A stretch of DNA of 64,000 nucleotides from positions 62,001 to 126,000 of IMG/VR virus record IMGVR_UViG_3300002143_000235; one strand, given 5' to 3'. Every line of letters begins with the position of its first letter. Positions within the stretch are counted from its first letter, which is position 1. A model generated the notes under the pieces. The model worked only from the letters and a program-made list of their open reading frames with translations. It searched no databases and was not told where the DNA came from. Made by a program: the position numbers and the translations under genes. Positions 27,002-35,456 of the stretch are shown here, in pieces.

Positions 27002-28489
27002 ATGATAGTAGATTACGAATACCTCAATGGCAAACTAATAGTGTCATACATTGACCCTAAAGGTAATATCAAATTCAAAAATTATCCATGGATGAATCCA
27101 ATGGATTGGAGAGTATGTTCCAATACTGATCCAGGAAGATCTGATAACTTCCGCACCTGGGATAAGAAACCAGTGAAATTAATGAGCACACGAAATCCTA
27201 CACGTTATGCTGTTTACGAATACTTCCACAAACTCAAACAAGAAGAGAAAGATGAAATATTCGCCTACAATGAGCCAAAGACTTATTTCTGTGATATTGA
27301 GGTAGAAATTACAAATGGTTTTCCTGAAGCTCATTTAGCTGAAAATAGAGTTACCGCGATCTGTTTTGTATTCGATCAGAAAATTCTATTAATGGGTATA
27401 AAAGAGATGCCTGATAGTTGGATTACTAAGATGGAAAAAGATATCAATGAATACTTTAAAGCATTTGATACCAAGTACACAATCGATTGGCAATTCTACA
27501 ATACAGAAAAAGAGATGCTTTTAGAGTTATTCAACGATCTTATTCCAAAAATGCCTGTAATTACTGGATGGAATTTCATTAACTATGACTGGGTTTATTT
27601 AGTAACACGTGCACGTAAATTAGGAATCAATCCAAACGTTGCATCACCAACCGGTAAATTGATCAAACCATGGAAAAAGAATGCTAACGAATTCAAACCA
27701 ACATTTGAAGAACTTCCTATGCATAGACTAGTAGTCGATTACATGGATATCTTTGGTAAATGGGATACATCAATCAAAATACGTGAAGCTGAAACATTAG
27801 ACTTTACCTCATCAAAAGTATTAGGAGTTAAGAAACTTGAATATAAAGGTTCACTTAAGGATTTATACGTAAACGATTACTATGGTTATATGCTTTATAA
27901 CTGTGTTGATACCGCGCTCGTACAATTGATACATAAGAAGCAACGTACATTAGATATCATGTTATCAATATCTAATCTTGCAAATATACAAATAGGCCAA
28001 TCACTTTCAGCTATTCGTGTAACCGAAGGTGTTTTCTTCCGAGAGTATTACGAACACGGAATTGTGATGTGTCGTCAAACAAGTATGTTCTCTGAATCTG
28101 GAAATGATCAAGCTGAGGAAATGGATGATTACGATGGTGGTTACGTTAAATTTCCAACTATTGGACTTTTTAGATGGATTTCAGTATTCGATTTTGCCTC
28201 GCTGTATCCTACTACTATGCGTCAGTTCAATATCGCACCTGAATCCTTCAAAGGACTCAAAATAAGCGATTCTGAGTCACTTTTAAACGGTGTGCGATAT
28301 CCATTAGAGAAAGATGATATTGTGCTCTTAAATGGAGCCGTATTCAAAAATGAAGAATCTAAAACTAAGATGAAGATTACACAAATCTTTAAAGATAGAA
28401 AAGTGAACAAAAATAGTGGTCTTGACTACAAGAAACAAGAACAACTCATGAAGATGTATCTACAAGATCGTAAAAAGAAAAGAGCATAA
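27002..28489 (+). CDS. gp43: Family B DNA polymerase, N-terminal subunit (3'-5' exonuclease + motif A)
   Basis: ExoI CDIEVE, ExoII GWNFINYD, ExoIII YNCVD, motif A DFASLYP; no NSxYG or DTDS. Confidence 0.9.
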   Translation: MIVDYEYLNGKLIVSYIDPKGNIKFKNYPWMNPMDWRVCSNTDPGRSDNFRTWDKKPVKLMSTRNPTRYAVYEYFHKLKQEEKDEIFAYNEPKTYFCDIEVEITNGFPEAHLAENRVTAICFVFDQKILLMGIKEMPDSWITKMEKDINEYFKAFDTKYTIDWQFYNTEKEMLLELFNDLIPKMPVITGWNFINYDWVYLVTRARKLGINPNVASPTGKLIKPWKKNANEFKPTFEELPMHRLVVDYMDIFGKWDTSIKIREAETLDFTSSKVLGVKKLEYKGSLKDLYVNDYYGYMLYNCVDTALVQLIHKKQRTLDIMLSISNLANIQIGQSLSAIRVTEGVFFREYYEHGIVMCRQTSMFSESGNDQAEEMDDYDGGYVKFPTIGLFRWISVFDFASLYPTTMRQFNIAPESFKGLKISDSESLLNGVRYPLEKDDIVLLNGAVFKNEESKTKMKITQIFKDRKVNKNSGLDYKKQEQLMKMYLQDRKKKRA

Positions 28490-28490
28490 T

Positions 28491-28967
28491 ATGAAAACAC
28501 AAAAAATTGCAATGAATATTGTTAATCAATTGTATGATCTTGCAGACGTATCAGTTGATAAGAGACAAGCAATAAATGATCAAGCTGATAAATTTGTATC
28601 TGAAATGCTTGTTCAATTTTTACAATCTATTGTTAGTACAAAAGAGAAACCAAAAGAAGGTAAATATACCGATGTTGAATGCGCTGAAATAATGCAATCA
28701 CGTGGTTATACAAAACACCATACAGCAGGTACCACAACCGGTTGGAGTAAGTTAGTTGGTGAAATAGATGACCTTGATAGTATGTGGATATTTGCTGATG
28801 TTAATCATATAAATTCTACCATTGAATTGTCATGTGATCCTTTTAAAGGACTAATTCATTTGCGAAGTCCAGATCTTGCATTAGATCATCCACGATTTCA
28901 TTATTTTGAAGACAAATTGATTAGTTACATGAATGCTTGCAGATCAGTTCAACATGATCGATGTTAG
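28491..28967 (+). CDS. Hypothetical protein
   Basis: 158 aa; stop lies within GTTAGGC. Confidence 0.7.
   Translation: MKTQKIAMNIVNQLYDLADVSVDKRQAINDQADKFVSEMLVQFLQSIVSTKEKPKEGKYTDVECAEIMQSRGYTKHHTAGTTTGWSKLVGEIDDLDSMWIFADVNHINSTIELSCDPFKGLIHLRSPDLALDHPRFHYFEDKLISYMNACRSVQHDRC
28850..28931 (+). repeat. 82-bp direct repeat, copy 1
   Basis: 7 mismatches versus 29783..29864 by manual alignment. Confidence 0.9.
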
Positions 28968-29014
28968 GCGATTGTGCCTTTATTTAGATTTTTAAACTTT
29001 AAATTAATATAAAA

Positions 29015-29449
29015 ATGAGTACAGAAAAACAAGATGGTGCAATTGATTTAACACCTAAAACAATTAAAGACAAGTCAAAATACAAATTGACAAATGCTGA
29101 TATTTCGGCAAATTATTTGAATGATAAATTTCATTTAATGATTAATGATTTCAAAGGCGCTTTTGTGTGTTGGGCTACAAAACAAAATCCAAATGAAACT
29201 TATGATGTAATTGCTGATGCTACACAAGCATACACAAAATACTTACAACAGCGATATTTCAAAACAAAGGATACTGTTATTGAAATGGATTGTGATTTAA
29301 TTAAAAAACTTACTGATGAAGATTTATTCATTGCTATTCCTGAAATATTAGCATTAAATGAAATGGAACCCGATTTTATTTGTTTGGGTGCTTTGTCAAG
29401 AAATGTGTTTTATGACATACTTCGCAGCCAAATCACTCAACCATTGTAG
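29015..29449 (+). CDS. Hypothetical cassette-1 protein
   Basis: 144 aa. Confidence 0.7.
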   Translation: MSTEKQDGAIDLTPKTIKDKSKYKLTNADISANYLNDKFHLMINDFKGAFVCWATKQNPNETYDVIADATQAYTKYLQQRYFKTKDTVIEMDCDLIKKLTDEDLFIAIPEILALNEMEPDFICLGALSRNVFYDILRSQITQPL

Positions 29450-29467
29450 GGTGTCGCTTGGCATATC

Positions 29468-29598
29468 GCCTAACGTTTTGCAACTTGGCTTAGTGCCGTT
29501 TAAACAGATAAATTAAATTAATAACACAAATATTATGAGTACAGAAAATGATTGCGAAAAAGAAGAAACTAAGGCATTGAGCCAAATTGCTGTTAGCG
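29468..29598 (+). repeat. attC-like site (about 131 bp)
   Basis: GCCTAAC, then GCAACTTGGCTTAGTGCC pairing with GGCATTGAGCCAAATTGC, then GTTAGCG. Confidence 0.65.
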
Positions 29599-29783
29599 GT
29601 AGTACTTGCTTTAGTAAAGATGCTTTTATGTTGGTAGAACATATTAACAACGATTCTGATGAAAAAGAATATGGCGATGTAATTGGAGAAACACAAGGTT
29701 ATTTTATTGTTAAACCACACCTAAGAAAAGAACAGAATCGTTGGTTAAAAGTGGATTGTAATGTGTTGGAGTATTACCGCTAA
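29535..29783 (+). CDS. Hypothetical cassette-2 protein
   Basis: Starts in the attC loop; TAA stop lies inside TACCGCTAAC. Confidence 0.7.
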   Translation: MSTENDCEKEETKALSQIAVSGSTCFSKDAFMLVEHINNDSDEKEYGDVIGETQGYFIVKPHLRKEQNRWLKVDCNVLEYYR

Positions 29784-29864
29784 CTAATCCATTTACGTAG
29801 TCCAGATCTTGCATTAGACCATCCACGATTTAATTATTTTGAAAACAAACTGATTAGTTACATG
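29783..29864 (+). repeat. 82-bp direct repeat, copy 2 (3' gene remnant)
   Basis: Encodes LIHLRSPDLALDHPRFNYFENKLISYM*. Confidence 0.9.
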
Positions 29865-29893
29865 TAGAACTGTTTAACATCAATAAATTTATA

Positions 29894-30301
29894 ATGCAGA
29901 TTAAAAAAGGAACAACACGGATTGTATTTCTAATTGGTAAATACGCAATCAAATTTCCACGCATTCATCATAAATATCCTGGACATCGTTACAAAATGTT
30001 TTTACGCGGATTACTAGCCAATATAGATGAAAATTTTTGGTGGAAAAGCACATACAAGCGTGATAAATTATGTCCAGTTAAATTCAAATCACCTCTTGGA
30101 TTTTTTCTTGTAATGGATAGAGCTATCCCACTTAAAGAATCGGAATACAACAAAGAACAATTTGAAAAAGATTTTTTTGGTTTACCACTTGATAACAAGA
30201 TTGTAAATTTTGGAAAGATCGATAATCGCATTGTGTTAATTGATTATGCTGATAGTCGATATATGTGTAGTGATTGTTCTATGTGTTTCAAAAATAAATA
30301 A
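29894..30301 (+). CDS. Minimal protein-kinase-like protein
   Basis: YAIKFP (VAIK), LDNKIVN (DxxxxN), LIDYA (DFG-like). Confidence 0.5.
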   Translation: MQIKKGTTRIVFLIGKYAIKFPRIHHKYPGHRYKMFLRGLLANIDENFWWKSTYKRDKLCPVKFKSPLGFFLVMDRAIPLKESEYNKEQFEKDFFGLPLDNKIVNFGKIDNRIVLIDYADSRYMCSDCSMCFKNK

Positions 30302-30306
30302 TTTTT

Positions 30307-30361
30307 AAAAAAGATGCCGCGGCATCTTTTTTTTATTATATTTGTACTGTTCAATTAATAA
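30307..30361 (+). promoter_or_regulatory. Terminator hairpin + early promoter + conserved leader, cassette D
   Basis: AAAAGATGCC/GGCATCTTTT, TATATTTG at 30337, TACTGTTCAATTAATAA. Confidence 0.75.
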
Positions 30362-30364
30362 ATT

Positions 30365-30922
30365 ATGCATATAAAAGTAGTAACACTCGATGGTATTGAT
30401 GCTGTAAAATTTCTTTACAATGGTGGAATGCCAAAAGATATATCACTAAATGATCGAATCCGTTTCTTCTCTTTTAGAGAAATGTCATGTCTAGGTAAGG
30501 ACCAAGAATTTTATTCTTTTTTGATGACTGGAAAAAAAATTATTGGTATTGCACATGTTGGTTATTATTCTATGAATGCTAAGAATAAAAATAATTGGTC
30601 TATTAGTTATCTTAGTATAGACAAAGACTATCGAATGAAAGGTTATTCTACATTGCTAGTAGAAGAAGTATTTTGTGAAGCACAAAAACGAGATTTAGAA
30701 ATATCTACTTCGTCATATACTGTTTTAGGAAAAGAACACCTTCAAAAAAGATTTAATGCTGCAGCAATTAAATTTGATGTAACATTTTATGATAAAACAA
30801 ATGAAGCTAGCCTTATAGATGCTGATTGGATGTATACTATTATTGATGGCAAAAAACTTCATAATGATGAATGTAATGGATGGGATAAGAAAAAGAAAAA
30901 GAAAATTGGTATTGTGTTTTAA
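30365..30922 (+). CDS. GNAT-family acetyltransferase
   Basis: ISYLSIDKDYRMKGYSTLL (motif A R/QxxGxG/S). Confidence 0.8.
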   Translation: MHIKVVTLDGIDAVKFLYNGGMPKDISLNDRIRFFSFREMSCLGKDQEFYSFLMTGKKIIGIAHVGYYSMNAKNKNNWSISYLSIDKDYRMKGYSTLLVEEVFCEAQKRDLEISTSSYTVLGKEHLQKRFNAAAIKFDVTFYDKTNEASLIDADWMYTIIDGKKLHNDECNGWDKKKKKKIGIVF

Positions 30923-30924
30923 AT

Positions 30925-30951
30925 AAAAAACCCACTCGAAAGAGTGGGTTT
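30925..30951. terminator. Bidirectional terminator
   Basis: AAACCCACTC-GAAA-GAGTGGGTTT between convergent GNAT and capsid genes. Confidence 0.85.
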
Positions 30952-30969
30952 CTATATTTTTGGGCCTTA

Positions 30970-32721
30970 TTAGTTAAGGATACCGTTGTTGTCTTCAACT
31001 TTGATTGCCATGTACTGTTTTTCCGGAAACCACCCGAACTCTGCGACAGCAAATCGTGAGTACATGTAAAGGTGTGGAGCCATAGTCTTTTCAGACACAA
31101 CATCAACGCTTTCTGCAAGCATATAAGCGAAGAATTTGATACCTGGTTCGTCAGCTTTACCAACACGTCCTAAGTAGATAGTTAAATCTTCTGGACGTTG
31201 GTAAGGGTCAACGTATACTTTGATACCGTTGATTGTACCAGCTGGTTGAAGTTGTCCTTCACCGAATTTCGCGTTGAATGGGTTAATGATATAACCAGCG
31301 ATGTCGTTGAAAAGAGCAGCAATACCTCCAGATGTTACGATGTAATCAGCAGTACCGATACGACCGTCAGTCTTGATGTAGAAAGAAGCTTTCGTAATCG
31401 TAGACCAGATCTTACGTGCAAGTGAAGCGTAGTTTTCACCACCAAGAGCACCAGACACAGCTGTTACAGAAACGTCATAGATCTTACCGTCAGTGATACC
31501 AGCAGCAGTTAATGCAGCTAATGAAGCACCTGTAGCAGAAGCAAGAGATGCACGGTTTTTAAGTCCGAATTCTTTTACTTTATTAACGATCTCAACAGAG
31601 ATTTTTTGTTGGATTTGGTTAACTAATTGAGCTTTTGTTTGTTCAACTAAGTCAATGTTGTACATTCTTTTGAAATCACCAAGCTCAGAAAGACGAAGTG
31701 CTCCAGATACGTGTACGTGACCAATTTGAATTGTAGCAACACGCATTTCAGGTCCAACTTTACCAGCTTGTGAAACATCCCACTCACCACGGTTCATTAA
31801 TCCGTCTTTACCTGAAGAAGTAAAGTCAAGAACTAAGTCTTCGTTAAGTGATACTGGAAGTACAGTATTAACAGCACCTACAGCGTTATCAACAAGTCCA
31901 CCATTTGTTGGAGCTTCAAAAGTTGCAGCACCAAGGTGTGTTAAGATATCACCAGTATTAGGGAATGTGTTAAGTGCAGCGTTGAATCCCCAACCACCTG
32001 ACGATGCAGAGTTTTGTTGAGTGAAGAAACGCAAGATTGGAAGACCATCGATACGAGAGAAACCTTCAAACTTAACAACTCCTGTTTTAGTAGCAGGTTC
32101 AACAGTTGGATCATAACCACCTACAGCAGCAGGTAATGCACCACCAGAAAGTTGGAAGTAAAGTCCTTTTGAAACACCACCACGTGTTTCAGTTACACCG
32201 TATGCTGTCATTGCTGTACGAATCCAAACCTTAAGGTCTGCTAAGTCAGCATCAGCTGTTGGACGGAATTTGATAACCGAACCACGTTCATCTGTTTGAC
32301 CAGTTGTAACGTTGTCATACTGCCAGTCAAAGAATGGGTAATCGATACGGTTAGAGTTTACGTTGATCACAGGAACAAGATCAAGACCTGGTGTGTGAGC
32401 AGCGATTTTTAATGATGGAGGAAGCATTTGTTGTGCCAAGTCACCTGAACCGAATGAACCATTTTGTCCTGGGATTGGGTTAACACCTGGATTAACTACA
32501 GCACCCATACCTTGTGTATTTGCACCATTAGCATACATTGCATTCTCATTTACACCACCGAAACCAGCAGCAATAGAAGTTGAGTGCATTTCAGCGTATT
32601 CACAAAGTGAACGTAATTTAGCAGGGTCAGTTAACTCAGTAACACCTAAACGTTCAACGATTGGTTTCCAACGTGTGATCGCACGATCCATGTCAACTAC
32701 CAAATTTGAATTTTTTATCAT
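30970..32721 (-). CDS. gp23: Major capsid protein, T4 gp23-like
   Basis: GLDLVPV, GTINGIKVYVDPY, FFAYM...SRFAV gp23-type motifs; adjacent to protease and portal. Confidence 0.9.
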   Translation of the reverse strand: MIKNSNLVVDMDRAITRWKPIVERLGVTELTDPAKLRSLCEYAEMHSTSIAAGFGGVNENAMYANGANTQGMGAVVNPGVNPIPGQNGSFGSGDLAQQMLPPSLKIAAHTPGLDLVPVINVNSNRIDYPFFDWQYDNVTTGQTDERGSVIKFRPTADADLADLKVWIRTAMTAYGVTETRGGVSKGLYFQLSGGALPAAVGGYDPTVEPATKTGVVKFEGFSRIDGLPILRFFTQQNSASSGGWGFNAALNTFPNTGDILTHLGAATFEAPTNGGLVDNAVGAVNTVLPVSLNEDLVLDFTSSGKDGLMNRGEWDVSQAGKVGPEMRVATIQIGHVHVSGALRLSELGDFKRMYNIDLVEQTKAQLVNQIQQKISVEIVNKVKEFGLKNRASLASATGASLAALTAAGITDGKIYDVSVTAVSGALGGENYASLARKIWSTITKASFYIKTDGRIGTADYIVTSGGIAALFNDIAGYIINPFNAKFGEGQLQPAGTINGIKVYVDPYQRPEDLTIYLGRVGKADEPGIKFFAYMLAESVDVVSEKTMAPHLYMYSRFAVAEFGWFPEKQYMAIKVEDNNGILN

Positions 32722-32924
32722 GATTGTGTTTTTTTATTTTTTTTATATATCAACTGTTTTTAGTCTTTTTTTTCCAATTTTTGAATCTTCTTGTTTTTTG
32801 TTCAAATGGATATTAAGTCCGTTAGTTACTAACCCACTCTCTCTGTTTATTAGAGTTAGATAGTTTTTTGATACAATTATATATGTATCGTAAAACGTCA
32901 AAAAAATCCAATTTTATACAAATA

Positions 32925-32951
32925 AGAAAGGGACCATTAAGGTCCCTTTCT
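32925..32951 (-). terminator. Intrinsic terminator
   Basis: AGAAAGGGACC/GGTCCCTTTCT. Confidence 0.75.
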
Positions 32952-32970
32952 ATCTGATAATCAATATTAT

Positions 32971-35340
32971 TTAGTATTGATTAATCTTGCTCATGAAAGC
33001 ATCTACGTAGTCAGTAGTGAAATCAGCCGTTGTATTTGCTGCTGATTCTTTGATTAAAACAGCATCTGTTCCTGTAACTACTTTCGCAAACGAACGCGTG
33101 TTCCAGAATGATTTAACATCTGTTTTAGAAGACAGGTGGAAATATTTTGACTCAGCAATAAGCGAAAGCTTGTTTTCCTGTGGCAAAGCATTCCATGCTT
33201 CTTTTAATGATGCAGGGATATTTTCAATAAGATTATCTTCATATGAAACATTTGTCTTATTCATCTGCTCACCAATAAGTGCAAGAACATCAGATGCAGA
33301 GAAATACTCAGCATTTTCCATCGCAAGGATGATATCGTTCTGAACCTCTGGTTCCATCAATTTGAAGTTTGTAATCTGTGCTTCATCCAAGAATGACATG
33401 AAATGCGGACGTTGATTAGCTAATGCACGTGATTTTTTAATTTCATCAAGCATAGTTGTAACAGTTTCAGTAATATTTGTATCCTCAGAATTGTTTAATA
33501 ATTCATATTCACCGTCACCAACTTCAACAGTTTCTTCAGAACCCGATTTTTGAATGATAAGTTTGTTATCTGGAGTTATTTCCATTACAATACCTGTTTC
33601 ATCAGTTGTAAGTATTTTAACAAGTTGTTGTAAAAGAGTTGCTTCAAAAGAAACATTATCAATTGGTAGTTCTGATCCTAATTCTGTATTATCCATTGCT
33701 GGATCCATTACAGGTACCATTACAGGTTCAGTTTCAGTTTCGCCTTCAACCCCCATTTCAGCACCAAAATTAGTGTCCATGCCACCATCAAGGTTTGCAG
33801 GTTCTTCTTGAACTTCTGCTGTATTATCAGTAGAATCTTCTTCTTCTTCTTCTTCTTCACCTGATGTTAAATCTTCAGCTGCCGGATCTTCTGTAATGAT
33901 GTTAGAAAATTCTTCATCATTTCCAAGGAATTCGTTGATGTCAGCAATACCGTGAATACTGTCTTCGTCAGAAACTGACTCAAGAACTGGTGTTGTTGCT
34001 TTTAAACGTGTAACCAATTCGGTATTATATCCAACAATACCATCAACTTGCTCAGCAATGTAACTTAAATAAATTTCATCTTTGTTAGATTCATTAGCAA
34101 CGTATTCAATAAAACCTTGAACTGTATGTGCTTCATTTGCAACATATTCAGCAAATTCACGTGTGTTTTTACTTTCATTTGCGATATATTCACTGAATTC
34201 ACGTGTAAGTTTAGCTTCATTTGCAATATGCTCACTAAATCCTTGTGTAATTTTAGTTTCATTTGCAACATATTCAGCAAATTTTTGTGCAATTTCAGTT
34301 TCACGTGCAACACTTTCAGTGAAAAGTATATTAGCTTGTGTATTTTCAGCAACATGTTCAACAAAACCTTCAGTATCAGAAACACGTGTTTCGATTTTAG
34401 TAAGATCTTCTTTAATGTTATTAAGTCCTGATGCAATGTGATTATTATATGCATTTGTCTCATTCAACTCAGAAGTTAATTTCTGGTTGTTATCAGAAAG
34501 TTTTTTATTTTCTTGCATGAGGTGAGTGATTTTCTTTTGAAATTCACCAAGATATTTCTTAACTTGTTCCAATTCTTCTTTCACCATAGCATGTTCGTTA
34601 ACAAGTGCTTTAACATCCTCAGGTGAAGATGTTCCTTCTTGAATAGAAGCAAAAATTTTAGCTTCCAATTTAGCCACTTCGTCAGTTAAGAGAAGACGCA
34701 TTTCGTTGATGTCCATATGTGTTCTTTGATCGTTTTTGTTGTCTTTAAACAAATTGTTTACTTGTGAATCATTCATTTCATAGATACGATAAGCAACATC
34801 GTCTCCTATTGAATGACCATATGATTCGTTAACACTCATAACAGAAGTTGCAAACCCTGGATCAAGTACAATATCGTATGTGAAAAGTTCTTTAAGTGCA
34901 ACTACACCACTAGCATTTGTTACACCAGCAGCACGAGAAGATACAAAGATTGGTTCACCATCTTCAATAATTGCTTGAGCATCTTTACCAAGTCTTGTGT
35001 TTAATAACTTAATAGTACCATCAATACAGTTGTTTGCCTCATTGTAAACAAGGTTATCAATTGTATGTGATACATTCTTACCAGCAATATCAAATACATC
35101 TGGGTGATCGAATTCACCGTATAATACACCTAAAGTTTGTTTCTTTTCGAGAAGTCTGTTCATTACAGGAACGAAGTTCTCAGCTGTATAGTAACGTTTA
35201 TTTCTGTTCTCAACATCAAATTGAGTAAAGTTACCACTAAGCTTAGGTCTGTGTCGACCGAGAGTAGCAGGTTCCTGAATACTTTCTTGAACCAGCTTAC
35301 CTCCACCTCGTTCAACTATAAGCACGTGTTTTTGTTCCAT
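32971..35340 (-). CDS. gp21: Prohead protease fused to scaffold/core domain
   Basis: NRNKRYY, GEFDHP, VSSRAAG, TYDIVLDPG; coiled coil and acidic C-terminal region. Confidence 0.9.
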   Translation of the reverse strand: MEQKHVLIVERGGGKLVQESIQEPATLGRHRPKLSGNFTQFDVENRNKRYYTAENFVPVMNRLLEKKQTLGVLYGEFDHPDVFDIAGKNVSHTIDNLVYNEANNCIDGTIKLLNTRLGKDAQAIIEDGEPIFVSSRAAGVTNASGVVALKELFTYDIVLDPGFATSVMSVNESYGHSIGDDVAYRIYEMNDSQVNNLFKDNKNDQRTHMDINEMRLLLTDEVAKLEAKIFASIQEGTSSPEDVKALVNEHAMVKEELEQVKKYLGEFQKKITHLMQENKKLSDNNQKLTSELNETNAYNNHIASGLNNIKEDLTKIETRVSDTEGFVEHVAENTQANILFTESVARETEIAQKFAEYVANETKITQGFSEHIANEAKLTREFSEYIANESKNTREFAEYVANEAHTVQGFIEYVANESNKDEIYLSYIAEQVDGIVGYNTELVTRLKATTPVLESVSDEDSIHGIADINEFLGNDEEFSNIITEDPAAEDLTSGEEEEEEEDSTDNTAEVQEEPANLDGGMDTNFGAEMGVEGETETEPVMVPVMDPAMDNTELGSELPIDNVSFEATLLQQLVKILTTDETGIVMEITPDNKLIIQKSGSEETVEVGDGEYELLNNSEDTNITETVTTMLDEIKKSRALANQRPHFMSFLDEAQITNFKLMEPEVQNDIILAMENAEYFSASDVLALIGEQMNKTNVSYEDNLIENIPASLKEAWNALPQENKLSLIAESKYFHLSSKTDVKSFWNTRSFAKVVTGTDAVLIKESAANTTADFTTDYVDAFMSKINQY

Positions 35341-35404
35341 AATAGTTAAAACATTTTTTATTATCTATATATTGAACCCAAACGACCATATTTTTCCTAA
35401 AAAC

Positions 35405-35430
35405 AAAGGGACACTAATAGTGTCCCTTTT
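35405..35430 (-). terminator. Intrinsic terminator
   Basis: AAAGGGACACT/AGTGTCCCTTT. Confidence 0.7.
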
Positions 35431-35456
35431 ATATTTTTGTTTGTTTTATATTTTGT

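Larger units (their letters stand above)
28963..29784 (+). mobile_element. Integron-like two-cassette array
   Basis: GTTAGGCGAT(28963)...ATCGCCTAAC(29465) and GTTAGCGGTA(29592)...TACCGCTAAC(29775) are exact 10-bp reverse complements bracketing each ORF. Confidence 0.65.

Noticed and set aside
28850-29864. 82-bp repeat pair as a DGR template/variable region
   Set aside because: Mismatches are not confined to adenines in either copy and no reverse transcriptase is present in the window
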